Source of the DNA: Candidatus Saganbacteria bacterium
GTDB lineage: Bacteria; Margulisbacteria; WOR-1; JAKLHX01
Assembly: GCA_026387835.1 (NCBI GenBank)
Contig: JAPLKZ010000010.1
Location: 326,379 to 358,378 of the forward strand
Direction: 5' to 3'
DNA: 32,000 nt
In this document: positions 19,937 through 28,504 of the stretch, piece by piece
Numbering within the stretch: the stretch's first letter is position 1
Layout: every line of letters begins with the position of its first letter
Position numbers and translations under genes: made by a program
Notes under the pieces: generated by a model
What the model was told of the DNA's origin: nothing
Database searches by the model: none
The model's input: only the letters and a program-made list of their open reading frames with translations

Positions 19937-20367
19937 TTATTGGCTGTTCCAGAGAGGTAGTCCCGTGGCTTTGTCTTTTCCCCTGATAAGTTCTCCTCCT
20001 GTCAACTCTTGAACGTGAAATTCTGCCACAAATATCTCCGTTCCCGGTATCAAATGCCGCCGAAAGCTTTTCCGTCAAAATCCGCAAGAGTGATGTGGGC
20101 ATGCACAAATATTTCGCCGTCTTTGATCGATATGTTGCCTGTACATGAAGATATCTCAAGCTTTTTATTGATCTCGACGCAGCCCGTGTACTGTTTTTGT
20201 TCCTGGTCATAGTACCCGAGCTTTGCATTTCTGACCGCTCCGATCAGATTAAAAACGCCAAGGCGGATGTTTTCTTTCTTGCACAGATCGTTCAATGACG
20301 CAAGCAGGTCTTCGCCTGATTCGAACCTGCCGATGAATGACCTTCCCTCCTGCGGTTTTATATACAT
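19937..20367 (-). pseudogene. PPC (DUF296) domain protein interrupted by a single-nucleotide frame break
   Basis: Frame 1 ends ...ADFDGKAFGGI-stop at 20050. Shifting -1 at GGCGGC|ATTTGA (about 20053-20058) gives GGHLIPGTEIFVAEFHVQELTGGELIRGKDKATGLPLWNSQ-stop (19937), the usual PPC-domain C-terminus. The total would be 143 aa. Confidence 0.7.
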
Positions 20368-20373
20368 GTCTTT

Positions 20374-20379
20374 ATTATA
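20374..20379 (-). promoter_or_regulatory. -10 box TATAAT placed 6 nt before the DUF296 ATG (leaderless candidate)
   Basis: The minus strand reads TATAAT-AAAGAC-ATG, with no SD. Confidence 0.3.
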
Positions 20380-20383
20380 CTAA

Positions 20384-20392
20384 TGTTATAAT
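20384..20392 (+). promoter_or_regulatory. Extended -10 TGTTATAAT 10 nt before the nth ATG
   Basis: TGtTATAAT, then ttgattgcca, then the ATG at 20403. No SD. Confidence 0.35.
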
Positions 20393-20402
20393 TTGATTGC
20401 CA

Positions 20403-21047
20403 ATGCAAGACCAAAAAGAACATGCAAACAGGATTATCGGCATATTATCAAAAAAATATCCGGATGCCGGCATAGCACTTCAATATAAAACCCCTTTTCA
20501 GCTTTTGGTCGTTGTTATCCTGTCAGCGCAATCGACAGATAAACAGGTCAACAAACTTTCTCCTGCCCTTTTTAAAATACTTAAGACGGCGAAAGACTTC
20601 GCGAAGGCCGACGTCAAAGAGATAGAAAAATATATCTATTCTTCCGGGTTTTTCAGGGCAAAAGCAAAAAATATAAAGGCTATGGCGCAGATGCTGCTTT
20701 CTGATTATGGCGGCGTTGTCCCCGATTCAATGGAAGCGTTGATAAGGCTACCAGGGGTTGCAAGGAAAACTGCGAATGTAGTTCTTTTTAATGCTTTTAA
20801 TAAGAACGAGGGGATTGCTGTGGATACTCACGTTATCAGGCTTTCTCAACGTCTCGGCCTTTCAAAATACTCAGACCCGGTAAAGATAGAGCGGGACCTT
20901 ATGGAGCTTTTCCCTAAAAATATGTGGGGCAAGATAACATATTATCTGATCGAGCACGGCAGGAATATCTGCGACGCGAAGAGGCCTAAATGCGAGATAT
21001 GTCCGGTAAAAAAGCTTTGCCCCTATTTTAAGTCGGTTCTATACTAG
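20403..21047 (+). CDS. nth: Endonuclease III
   Basis: HhH-GPD motif LPGVARKTANVVL, catalytic AVDTHV, and a C-terminal 4Fe-4S loop CDAKRPKCEICPVKKLC. I prefer the ATG at 20403 to the TTG at 20397. Confidence 0.9.
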   Translation: MQDQKEHANRIIGILSKKYPDAGIALQYKTPFQLLVVVILSAQSTDKQVNKLSPALFKILKTAKDFAKADVKEIEKYIYSSGFFRAKAKNIKAMAQMLLSDYGGVVPDSMEALIRLPGVARKTANVVLFNAFNKNEGIAVDTHVIRLSQRLGLSKYSDPVKIERDLMELFPKNMWGKITYYLIEHGRNICDAKRPKCEICPVKKLCPYFKSVLY

Positions 21048-21050
21048 CTG

Positions 21051-22292
21051 TTATTCCAGCGGTATCGATGTTCTTTCAATATCCTCTTCGGCCTCATCCC
21101 TATATTGTCCCGGTTTGTCCTTCGCGTGCAGTATTTGAATTGATATTTTTGTAAGCCTTACGTCGTGAACGGTTTGCACGTCCGGACCAAGGGCAAATAT
21201 GACAAATGATTTTGTTATGCTACTTTTGCAGGAGATTACATCAACAGTGCGGTCTCCGAACATTGTTTCTCTTTTTATTGCTTCTTCCAGCGAAACCGGG
21301 AAAGCCGTATTGGCAAATTCCCAGCCTATAGCTCTTGTCCTGGGATGGCCTACGGTCTCTGCCCAGGGTGTATTCCATCTTGCCAGGTTCTCTGCCCAGC
21401 GCACCAAAAACGGATATTGTTCCCTGCTCCAGATACATCCCAGAGAGATCCCCAGCTTTAAATTCCTTACAACGAACCACCCGAAGGGGCTTGTTTTTGG
21501 CATGTGCATCGTGGCGCAGTCGCTTTCCGGAACTTTCGGGAACACGCTCAGGTCGATCAGCGACCCGTCTTCCGCGGGCGCCAAAGGATATTCAAACTCT
21601 TCCCCTCTTGTTAAAAGCTGCTTTGTCGGTTCGCCTGCCCGCGGAGTAAAGAATTCATAAGGAAATGTCACGCCTCTCGTTCCTTTTGGCAGGTATGTCA
21701 CTGAATCTGCCATAAATTCCCAGCTGAATGTCATATGCTGGGCAATGGTCGCTATTCTTGTTGTGCTTGCTAGTCTGTTGGAAAATGTGTCATCGAAGCC
21801 TATTGCCTGTGCTCCCCTGGAAAATCCGATCTCCCTGTTCACTGCTGTATTTGTGATCGGCAGTTTTGCGTTCATTGTCAGGCCGTTTCTGTTTATTTTA
21901 GACAAGGCGGCTGTCCATGGAACTTTATTGACTTCGCCGTGAGCGCCCCCAAAAACTTTCAGCTCTCCTCCGCCGAAAATCGGGAAACACATGTTCAGTC
22001 CGGTTATTCCGGCGAGTAGCGGGCCGTCGCATCCCGCACCAAAAATTTGGTATTCCGGTCTCCTGAGATCGAATTTGTCGGGTTCCTGTGATTGCCACGG
22101 CGGTATCCATAGCGGGTTTATTGTTTTCCCTGCACTTTGTATCAGTATTTCCGGGATAGATCCGCCTACTTTGTGTATTGTAATTCTGTCGATATTTGTC
22201 CCTTTTCTGTCAGTTGAAAGTGCCGCCTGAACTGCCTTCCTCCCGTTAAAAACAGTATCCCGGGTTATTGTGGCCGAAAACGTCGTTTTCAT
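21051..22292 (-). CDS. Hypothetical 413-aa cytoplasmic protein, possibly with a galactose-mutarotase-like fold
   Basis: A long ORF with an AAAGGAGA SD. It is only weakly reminiscent of aldose-1-epimerase/DUF4432 proteins (CFPIFGGG...GGAHGEVNKVPW, ...IGWEFANTAFP). The function call is a guess. Confidence 0.3.
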   Translation of the reverse strand: MKTTFSATITRDTVFNGRKAVQAALSTDRKGTNIDRITIHKVGGSIPEILIQSAGKTINPLWIPPWQSQEPDKFDLRRPEYQIFGAGCDGPLLAGITGLNMCFPIFGGGELKVFGGAHGEVNKVPWTAALSKINRNGLTMNAKLPITNTAVNREIGFSRGAQAIGFDDTFSNRLASTTRIATIAQHMTFSWEFMADSVTYLPKGTRGVTFPYEFFTPRAGEPTKQLLTRGEEFEYPLAPAEDGSLIDLSVFPKVPESDCATMHMPKTSPFGWFVVRNLKLGISLGCIWSREQYPFLVRWAENLARWNTPWAETVGHPRTRAIGWEFANTAFPVSLEEAIKRETMFGDRTVDVISCKSSITKSFVIFALGPDVQTVHDVRLTKISIQILHAKDKPGQYRDEAEEDIERTSIPLE

Positions 22293-22384
22293 GATATTAG
22301 TCTCCTTTAAGTTTTATCGTCAATATATCTATCGAATGGATTATTTGAAAATTTCAGTGAATTTTGGGGTCGGGTTATTTTGTT

Positions 22385-24013
22385 CTAGAAAAGAGAGTTT
22401 GCCGTCATATCCGCGGGTTTTTTAAGGCTCATGAGGCCGACAATTGTTGTTCCGATATCGGGAATAATCCCTTCGCTTTTCAAGCTGACTTCTTTCCCGA
22501 TGATCCAGAACGGAACTTTGTTTAATGAATGCTGGGTGCTGACGATCTCTTTCCCGTTCGTTTCAAAATACATCTCGTCACAATTGCCGTGATCCGCAGT
22601 TAAGATAAAGACCCCGCCTTTTGAAGTCCACGCCGGCACGAGCTTTTCAAGGCATTTGGAAATATCGCATATCGCTTCTGTCGCAGCTTTTAAATTCCCC
22701 GTATGTCCGACCATGTCGCCGTTCTGGAAATTGTGCACTATGAGGGAATATTTGCCGCTTTCTATAGCTTTAAGTGAATAATCGGTCTCAAGGAAGGCCG
22801 TCATCTCCGGCACCCAGTCGTAATGTTTTCCCTCCTGAGTTCTTTCCTTGAGCTTCATGTCCTGGGCTAGATGCCTGTCTTCTCCCGGAAAAGGTTCCGC
22901 CCTTCTTCCCGAGAACCAGGCTGTTACGTGCGCGAATTTTTCCGGGCCTGCAAGACGCAGCTGTTTCAGCCCGGCCCTCGAGATGACTTCTCCAACGGTG
23001 TCCGGTATTTCCTTTTCCGGAAAGGCTGTCAGCCCGTGAAGACCGGGATAATACTCTGTCATCGCCACAAAAACGAACGGCTGGATACCTTTTTGAAGGC
23101 CAAGTATTTGTTTATATATATCTTCATCTATAGGCTTCGTGCCTTTTTTGTAATCAAAGAATTTTTTATCCTGCTCGCAGAACGTCGTTGTCAGCTGTAT
23201 CGTCCTGTCCTGCCTGAAATTAAAGTAGATAACGGAATCTTTTGGTTTTATGCCTTTATAATCGCCGATTATCGTCGGTCTTATGAATTCGTCCGTATCC
23301 CCTCTTTTGTACGAATCCTCTATCGCCTGCCTTGCAGTATCGGATTTATATTCTCCCTGTCCGAGCACTAAAGCTTTCATTGCGATCAGCGTCTTGTCCC
23401 ATGCCGTGTCGCGGTCCATCGCGATCTCGCGCCCCATCACTGAAGCAATCTTTACCACACCGGAAAGCCCGAGCTCCGCAATCTTATCCTCGAGCATCTT
23501 CAGGTAGATCTCTCCCGCAGCCTTAGGGTTTGTATCGCGGCCGTCGGTGAATAAATGAATTTTGACGTTTTTGAGCGTGTTCCTTTTTACAAGATCGAGA
23601 AGTGCATAAAGATGCAGGATGCTCCCGTGGACTGTCCCGCCATGCCCCTGGAGTATTCCCATAAGATGGAGCGTTGAATCGTTCTTTTTACAGTTGTCTA
23701 CAGCTTTCGTCAAAGCTTCGTTCTTGAAAAAACTCCCATCGTTTATCGCGACGTTTATCCTCTCGATCGATTGGTATACAACCCTTCCTGCTCCCATATT
23801 GAGATGATTTACCTCGGAATTGCCCATCGTTCCTGCCGGAAGGCCGACAGCCAGGCCGCTGCATTCCAGCTTTGAATAAGGGTGTTTTTCAAAAAGTTCT
23901 TTTATAAAAGGTGCATTGCCTGACTTTATCGCGTCATAGATCGCGTTGCTTTCGTCCTGTTTCCCGAGCGCGAAGCCATCGAGGATGCATAGATATACCC
24001 TGTTATTTCCCAC
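22385..24013 (-). CDS. gpmI: 2,3-bisphosphoglycerate-independent phosphoglycerate mutase
   Basis: LCILDGFALG, MGNSEVNHLNMGAGR, HLFTDGRDT and ILTADHGNCD motifs. The start codon is GTG. Confidence 0.9.
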   Translation of the reverse strand: MGNNRVYLCILDGFALGKQDESNAIYDAIKSGNAPFIKELFEKHPYSKLECSGLAVGLPAGTMGNSEVNHLNMGAGRVVYQSIERINVAINDGSFFKNEALTKAVDNCKKNDSTLHLMGILQGHGGTVHGSILHLYALLDLVKRNTLKNVKIHLFTDGRDTNPKAAGEIYLKMLEDKIAELGLSGVVKIASVMGREIAMDRDTAWDKTLIAMKALVLGQGEYKSDTARQAIEDSYKRGDTDEFIRPTIIGDYKGIKPKDSVIYFNFRQDRTIQLTTTFCEQDKKFFDYKKGTKPIDEDIYKQILGLQKGIQPFVFVAMTEYYPGLHGLTAFPEKEIPDTVGEVISRAGLKQLRLAGPEKFAHVTAWFSGRRAEPFPGEDRHLAQDMKLKERTQEGKHYDWVPEMTAFLETDYSLKAIESGKYSLIVHNFQNGDMVGHTGNLKAATEAICDISKCLEKLVPAWTSKGGVFILTADHGNCDEMYFETNGKEIVSTQHSLNKVPFWIIGKEVSLKSEGIIPDIGTTIVGLMSLKKPADMTANSLF

Positions 24014-24019
24014 AGCAAT

Positions 24020-24025
24020 ATTATA
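24020..24025 (-). promoter_or_regulatory. -10 box TATAAT 6 nt before the gpmI GTG (leaderless candidate)
   Basis: The minus strand reads TATAAT-ATTGCT-GTG, with no SD. An in-frame TAA just upstream excludes any earlier start. Confidence 0.3.
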
Positions 24026-24047
24026 CTACAAGTTGGCCATATGATAC

Positions 24048-24076
24048 TTGACCGTTTCGCTCAAGTATAGTATTAT
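24048..24076 (+). promoter_or_regulatory. Promoter placing the transcription start at or next to the iscR-like ATG
   Basis: TTGACC, a 17-nt spacer, TATTAT, then 6 nt (TTTATT) before the ATG at 24083. No SD. Confidence 0.45.
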
Positions 24077-24082
24077 TTTATT

Positions 24083-24481
24083 ATGAGACTCACAACTAAA
24101 GGCGAATATGCGGTAAGGGCCCTGATCTATCTTCTTCAAAAATCAGAAGAAGGTCCGGTCCAGATAAGAGAAATATCGGATAGCGAGTCGATGTCAAAGT
24201 CCTATATCGAGCAGCTTTTTAACAAGATGAGAAAGGCCGGGCTGATAAAAAGTTCGCGCGGGTCAAGGGGCGGCTATGTCCTCGGGAAAAGCCCGAAGAA
24301 GATAACCATCGGGGATATTATACGGTGTGTTGAAGGCCCGATTTATCTTACTCTCTGCAGCGGAAGCGGCGGGAACAATTGCAGCAGGGCTTCAAGCTGC
24401 AAGTCGTACCCTATGTGGAAAAAGATAAACGAAAAGCTTGAATCCGCTTTGGACTCGGTCAACCTTGGGGACCTAAAATAA
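24083..24481 (+). CDS. iscR: Rrf2-family regulator (IscR-like)
   Basis: MRLTTKGEYAVRALIYL wHTH, SSRGSRGGYVLGK and a CSGSGGNNCSRASSC Cys triad. It heads the nifS-nifU operon. Confidence 0.8.
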   Translation: MRLTTKGEYAVRALIYLLQKSEEGPVQIREISDSESMSKSYIEQLFNKMRKAGLIKSSRGSRGGYVLGKSPKKITIGDIIRCVEGPIYLTLCSGSGGNNCSRASSCKSYPMWKKINEKLESALDSVNLGDLK

Positions 24482-24534
24482 TTGCGTCTCCCCCTGACAA
24501 GGGGGAGAAACCGCCGAAGGCGGAGAGGGGGTTT

Positions 24535-25698
24535 ATGAAAAGAATATATTTAGACTATGCCGCGACTACGCCCGCGCACCCGCAGGTCGTTGAGGTGATG
24601 CAGCCGTACTTCAATGAAATTTTCGGAAATCCCTCTTCGATCCATTCTTTCGGACAAGAAGCACGGGCCGCGGTCGAAGTTTCCCGCGAGAAAGTCGCGG
24701 GTTTGATCGGCGCCAGGACAGATGAAGTTGTTTTTACTTCCGGCGGTACTGAGTCGGATAATTTTGCTGTTAAAGGCGTTGCTTTTGCTAACCAGAAAAA
24801 GGGAAATCATATAATAATCTCGGCGATCGAGCATCACGCAGTGACAGAGCCGTGTGCTTTTCTTAAAAAGCTGGGGTTTGATATTACTGTACTCCCCGTT
24901 GATGAACAAGGGCTTGTTGATCTTGAAAAAGTCAAACAAGCAATTACAGATAAGACTGTTCTGGTATCTGTTATGCATGCTAACAACGAGATCGGCACAA
25001 TAGAGCCGGTCGAAGAGATAGGAAAGATTGCCAAAGAAAAAGGTGTCTTTTTCCATACAGATGCCGTACAAACTGCGGGTGCTATCCCAATAGATGTAAA
25101 TAAGATGAACGTTGACCTTCTTTCAGTTTCTGCCCATAAACTTTACGGGCCTAAGGGTGTTGGCGCTTTATACATCAGAAAGGGAACCAAGATGGTCCCC
25201 TTCATGCACGGCGGCGGCCAGGAAAAGAACCGTAGGGGTTCGACCGAAAATGTTCCCGGAATAGTCGGTTTTGGAAAGGCCGCGGAACTCGCCGCCTTGG
25301 AAATGAATGAAAGGGCAAAACATCTTATTCCTCTGAGGGATAAACTGACTACGTCCTTGTCTGAAAAAATAGGCGACAGCATCCTGAACGGACATCCGGT
25401 TAAAAGGCTTCCGAATAACGTGAATTTCTGTTTTAAATTTGTCGAGGGTGAATCAATGCTTTTAACCCTTGATATGGAGGGGATCGCAGCATCCACGGGT
25501 TCCGCATGCTCTTCCGCAACACTTGAGCCTTCTCATGTGCTTCTTGCAATAGGAAGGCCGCATGAGATCGCCCACGGCTCGATCAGGTTTACTTTAGGAA
25601 GGCTGACTACAGAAGAAGATATCGACCATGTTATAGATGTGTTCCCGAAGATCGTCGAAAAGCTGAGGAAGATGTCGCCGTTATACAAAGGAGGATAA
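24535..25698 (+). CDS. nifS: Cysteine desulfurase (NifS/IscS type)
   Basis: IYLDYAATTP, the PLP-Lys motif SVSAHKLYGPKGVGALY, and the active-site loop STGSACSS. Confidence 0.9.
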   Translation: MKRIYLDYAATTPAHPQVVEVMQPYFNEIFGNPSSIHSFGQEARAAVEVSREKVAGLIGARTDEVVFTSGGTESDNFAVKGVAFANQKKGNHIIISAIEHHAVTEPCAFLKKLGFDITVLPVDEQGLVDLEKVKQAITDKTVLVSVMHANNEIGTIEPVEEIGKIAKEKGVFFHTDAVQTAGAIPIDVNKMNVDLLSVSAHKLYGPKGVGALYIRKGTKMVPFMHGGGQEKNRRGSTENVPGIVGFGKAAELAALEMNERAKHLIPLRDKLTTSLSEKIGDSILNGHPVKRLPNNVNFCFKFVEGESMLLTLDMEGIAASTGSACSSATLEPSHVLLAIGRPHEIAHGSIRFTLGRLTTEEDIDHVIDVFPKIVEKLRKMSPLYKGG

Positions 25699-25701
25699 TA
25701 A

Positions 25702-26124
25702 ATGCCCACTTACAGTGAAAAGGTGATGGACCATTTTAAGAACCCCAGGAATGTAGGCGAGATAAAAGATCCTGACGGCGTTGGGCATGTCGGCAACCCT
25801 GTCTGCGGGGACATAATGGAGCTCTATATTAAGGTAAAAGATAAAATAATAACGGATGTTAAGTTCAAGACGTTCGGCTGCGGCGCGGCAATAGCCACTT
25901 CTTCGATGATAACCGAGCTTGTTAAGGGCAAAAATATCGATGAAGCTCTTAAAATATCAAACCGCGCTGTCGTCGAAGCGTTGGGCGGCCTTCCTCCGGT
26001 AAAGCTTCACTGTTCTGTGCTCGCGGAGGACGCCTTGAAATCCGCGATAGACGATTATCTGAAGAAAACTACAGGAAAAGGTCTGGAAGGATTCAAACCT
26101 CACGATGACCAACCGCCGCAGTAA
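25702..26124 (+). CDS. nifU: Fe-S cluster scaffold protein (IscU/NifU N-terminal type)
   Basis: NPVCGD, FKTFGCGAAIATSS and LPPVKLHCSVLAEDAL, which carry the three conserved Cys. Confidence 0.9.
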   Translation: MPTYSEKVMDHFKNPRNVGEIKDPDGVGHVGNPVCGDIMELYIKVKDKIITDVKFKTFGCGAAIATSSMITELVKGKNIDEALKISNRAVVEALGGLPPVKLHCSVLAEDALKSAIDDYLKKTTGKGLEGFKPHDDQPPQ

Positions 26125-27184
26125 AAAAGTCCTTGCCGCGATGAGCGGCGGTGTCGACAGCTCCGTTGCTGCCGCGCTTTTAAAACAAAAAGGATATGAT
26201 GTCGTCGGCATTACGCTGGATATCTGGCCTTCAAGGCCCGGCCGGTTCGCCGGCTGCTGCAGCGCAAGTGCTGTCGATGATGCGAAAAGTGTCGCGGACA
26301 AGCTCGGTATCCCGCACTACGTGCTAAATTTTCGGGATGTTTTCAAAGAATTTGTGATCGATGATTTTATTTCGCAATACTCATCCGGAAAGACCCCCAA
26401 TCCCTGTGTCAGGTGCAATCAATATATCAAATTTGACCGTCTTATAAAAAAAGCTGACGAGCTCGGGGCGGAATTCGTGGCGACCGGCCATTACGCGATG
26501 ATAAAAAATGTCAAAAAAAGATGGCAGCTGCAAAGATCTCCCGACAAGCTCAAAGATCAATCTTATTTTCTCTACCCTATCAGCCAAAGCGCTATGCCGA
26601 GAATTTTATTCCCTGTCGGCAGTATCACAAAGACGAGGACAAGGCAGATAGCAAGGGCACTCGGTCTGAAGGTTGCCGATAAAAAGGATAGCCAGGAGAT
26701 CTGCTTCGTTGAAGACAATAATTACGGGCGGTTCCTTTCCGAAAATATCGAAGGTATATCAAAGCCCGGCCCTATTTTTGATACCGACGGGAACCGTGTC
26801 GGGATGCACAGGGGAATAGCTTTTTATACGATCGGCCAGAGAAGAGGCATCGGACTTCCGTTCGGGAAGCCTTTTTACGTTGTCAGCATCGATAAAGACA
26901 GCAATTCGATCGTTGTCGGCGATGAAAAGGCTACTTTCGGAAAAGAACTCTTCGCTGATAACCTCGTCTGGACATCCATAGATGCCCCGGCAAAGCCTTT
27001 CAACGCAAATGCAAAGATCCGGTATGCTTCTGAAGAATCGCCCGCTACGGTCATCCCGGCCGCTGATGGCAAGGTCCTGGTCAAGTTCAAGAGACCTGTA
27101 AAATCGATAACGCCGGGGCAGTCGGTCGTGTTCTATAATAAAAATATTGTTTTGGGGGGTGGGATAATTTGCAGCAAGAGTTGA
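26105..27184 (+). CDS. mnmA: tRNA 2-thiouridine(34) synthase
   Basis: PP-loop AMSGGVDSSVAA, NPCVRCN, and DSQEICF. Confidence 0.9.
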   Translation: MTNRRSKKVLAAMSGGVDSSVAAALLKQKGYDVVGITLDIWPSRPGRFAGCCSASAVDDAKSVADKLGIPHYVLNFRDVFKEFVIDDFISQYSSGKTPNPCVRCNQYIKFDRLIKKADELGAEFVATGHYAMIKNVKKRWQLQRSPDKLKDQSYFLYPISQSAMPRILFPVGSITKTRTRQIARALGLKVADKKDSQEICFVEDNNYGRFLSENIEGISKPGPIFDTDGNRVGMHRGIAFYTIGQRRGIGLPFGKPFYVVSIDKDSNSIVVGDEKATFGKELFADNLVWTSIDAPAKPFNANAKIRYASEESPATVIPAADGKVLVKFKRPVKSITPGQSVVFYNKNIVLGGGIICSKS

Positions 27185-28071
27185 CATCAAAGATTGCCGA
27201 ATTAAAAAAACAAAAGAACGCTGTTATCCTCGCGCATAATTACCAGCTGCCTGAAGTACAGGATGTCGCTGACTTTGTAGGGGATTCGCTCGGCCTTAGC
27301 ATGGAAGCATCAAAGACAAATGCCGATATAATAATTTTTTGCGGCGTGCATTTCATGGCGGAGACGGCGAAAATCTTAAATCCCAAGAAAAAGGTTTTGA
27401 TGCCGGATCTGAAGGCCGGCTGCCCTATGGCAAATATGATAACTGCGGATCAGCTTGTCGGATTAAGAAAAAAACACCCGGCCGCAAAGGTCGTATGTTA
27501 TATCAACACTACTGCTACGGTAAAAGCTCATTGTGATATCTGCTGTACTTCCGGCAACGTGCTTAAAGTTGTCGGTTCATTAAGGGATGGGGAGATCATC
27601 TTTATTCCGGACCAATACCTGGGCAGCTGGGTATCAAAGCGGCTAAATAAGCAGATGGTCCTCTGGCCCGGGTTTTGCAATATCCACGTGAAGATACTTC
27701 CGGAACATATAACCGCGAAGAAAAGGCTTTACCCGAACGCACTCGTAATGGTCCACCCGGAATGCACGCCTGCCGTCATTGACCTCGCTGATAAAGTGGC
27801 CAGCACTTCCGGGATGATAGATTTTCCCCGGACCTCTCCCGCAAAAGAGTTTATCGTGGGAACGGAGACCGGGATTATCCACCGGCTGAACAAAAAATAT
27901 CCCGACAGGAAATTTTATCCCGCTTATGAAGGGGCCATTTGCCCCAACATGAAACTGACAACGCTTGAAAAAGTCATGTGGTGCCTCGAGGAAGAGGAAG
28001 ATGAGGTCTTTGTTTTGGCTGATATCGCAGAAAAAGCCGGGGCCTGCATCGGCAGAATGTTGGACTTATAA
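27169..28071 (+). CDS. nadA: Quinolinate synthase
   Basis: ILAHNYQ, FCGVHFMAETAKIL and VMVHPEC motifs. The start is TTG, preceded by a GGTGGG SD. Confidence 0.9.
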   Translation: MQQELTSKIAELKKQKNAVILAHNYQLPEVQDVADFVGDSLGLSMEASKTNADIIIFCGVHFMAETAKILNPKKKVLMPDLKAGCPMANMITADQLVGLRKKHPAAKVVCYINTTATVKAHCDICCTSGNVLKVVGSLRDGEIIFIPDQYLGSWVSKRLNKQMVLWPGFCNIHVKILPEHITAKKRLYPNALVMVHPECTPAVIDLADKVASTSGMIDFPRTSPAKEFIVGTETGIIHRLNKKYPDRKFYPAYEGAICPNMKLTTLEKVMWCLEEEEDEVFVLADIAEKAGACIGRMLDL

Positions 28072-28491
28072 TTCGTTTTTATCTTTTACCGCTCCTGCAG
28101 CAATGACGGCTTTATTCAGGTGTTTATCTCTCCATATCAAGGCTGCCGAAAGCGCCGCCTGCATAAGTGCCGCTGCCAATAAATTCGTGAAGCAATCTAT
28201 CAAAGAAGCGGTCCTGCCGCGCACAAGGGCCTGATGAAGTTCGTCCGTCAGGCCGTATATATATGTTAGAAAGACGCAGTACACTACCTGCCAGTTATAG
28301 GGGATTTTACACGACATCCTTACTGCAAAGAATATGAGGGCGTAAAGGGCCGAATATTCTATTATATGCACCAGTTTGATATGAACGAGCATGGGCGCGT
28401 GTTTTGCCGGCTCGGGGGGCGCGCCCGAAGATAAATAAAATATCATCGCCATATATAAAAGCGCGGGGATCCAGTAGATCGTTTTTTTCAT
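28066..28491 (-). CDS. VanZ-like family membrane protein
   Basis: Four hydrophobic segments and GLTDELHQALVRGRTASLIDCFTN (VanZ signature DE.HQ..vpGR..s..D). Confidence 0.65.
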   Translation of the reverse strand: MKKTIYWIPALLYMAMIFYLSSGAPPEPAKHAPMLVHIKLVHIIEYSALYALIFFAVRMSCKIPYNWQVVYCVFLTYIYGLTDELHQALVRGRTASLIDCFTNLLAAALMQAALSAALIWRDKHLNKAVIAAGAVKDKNEL

Positions 28492-28504
28492 GTCTTGCCG
28501 CCGG

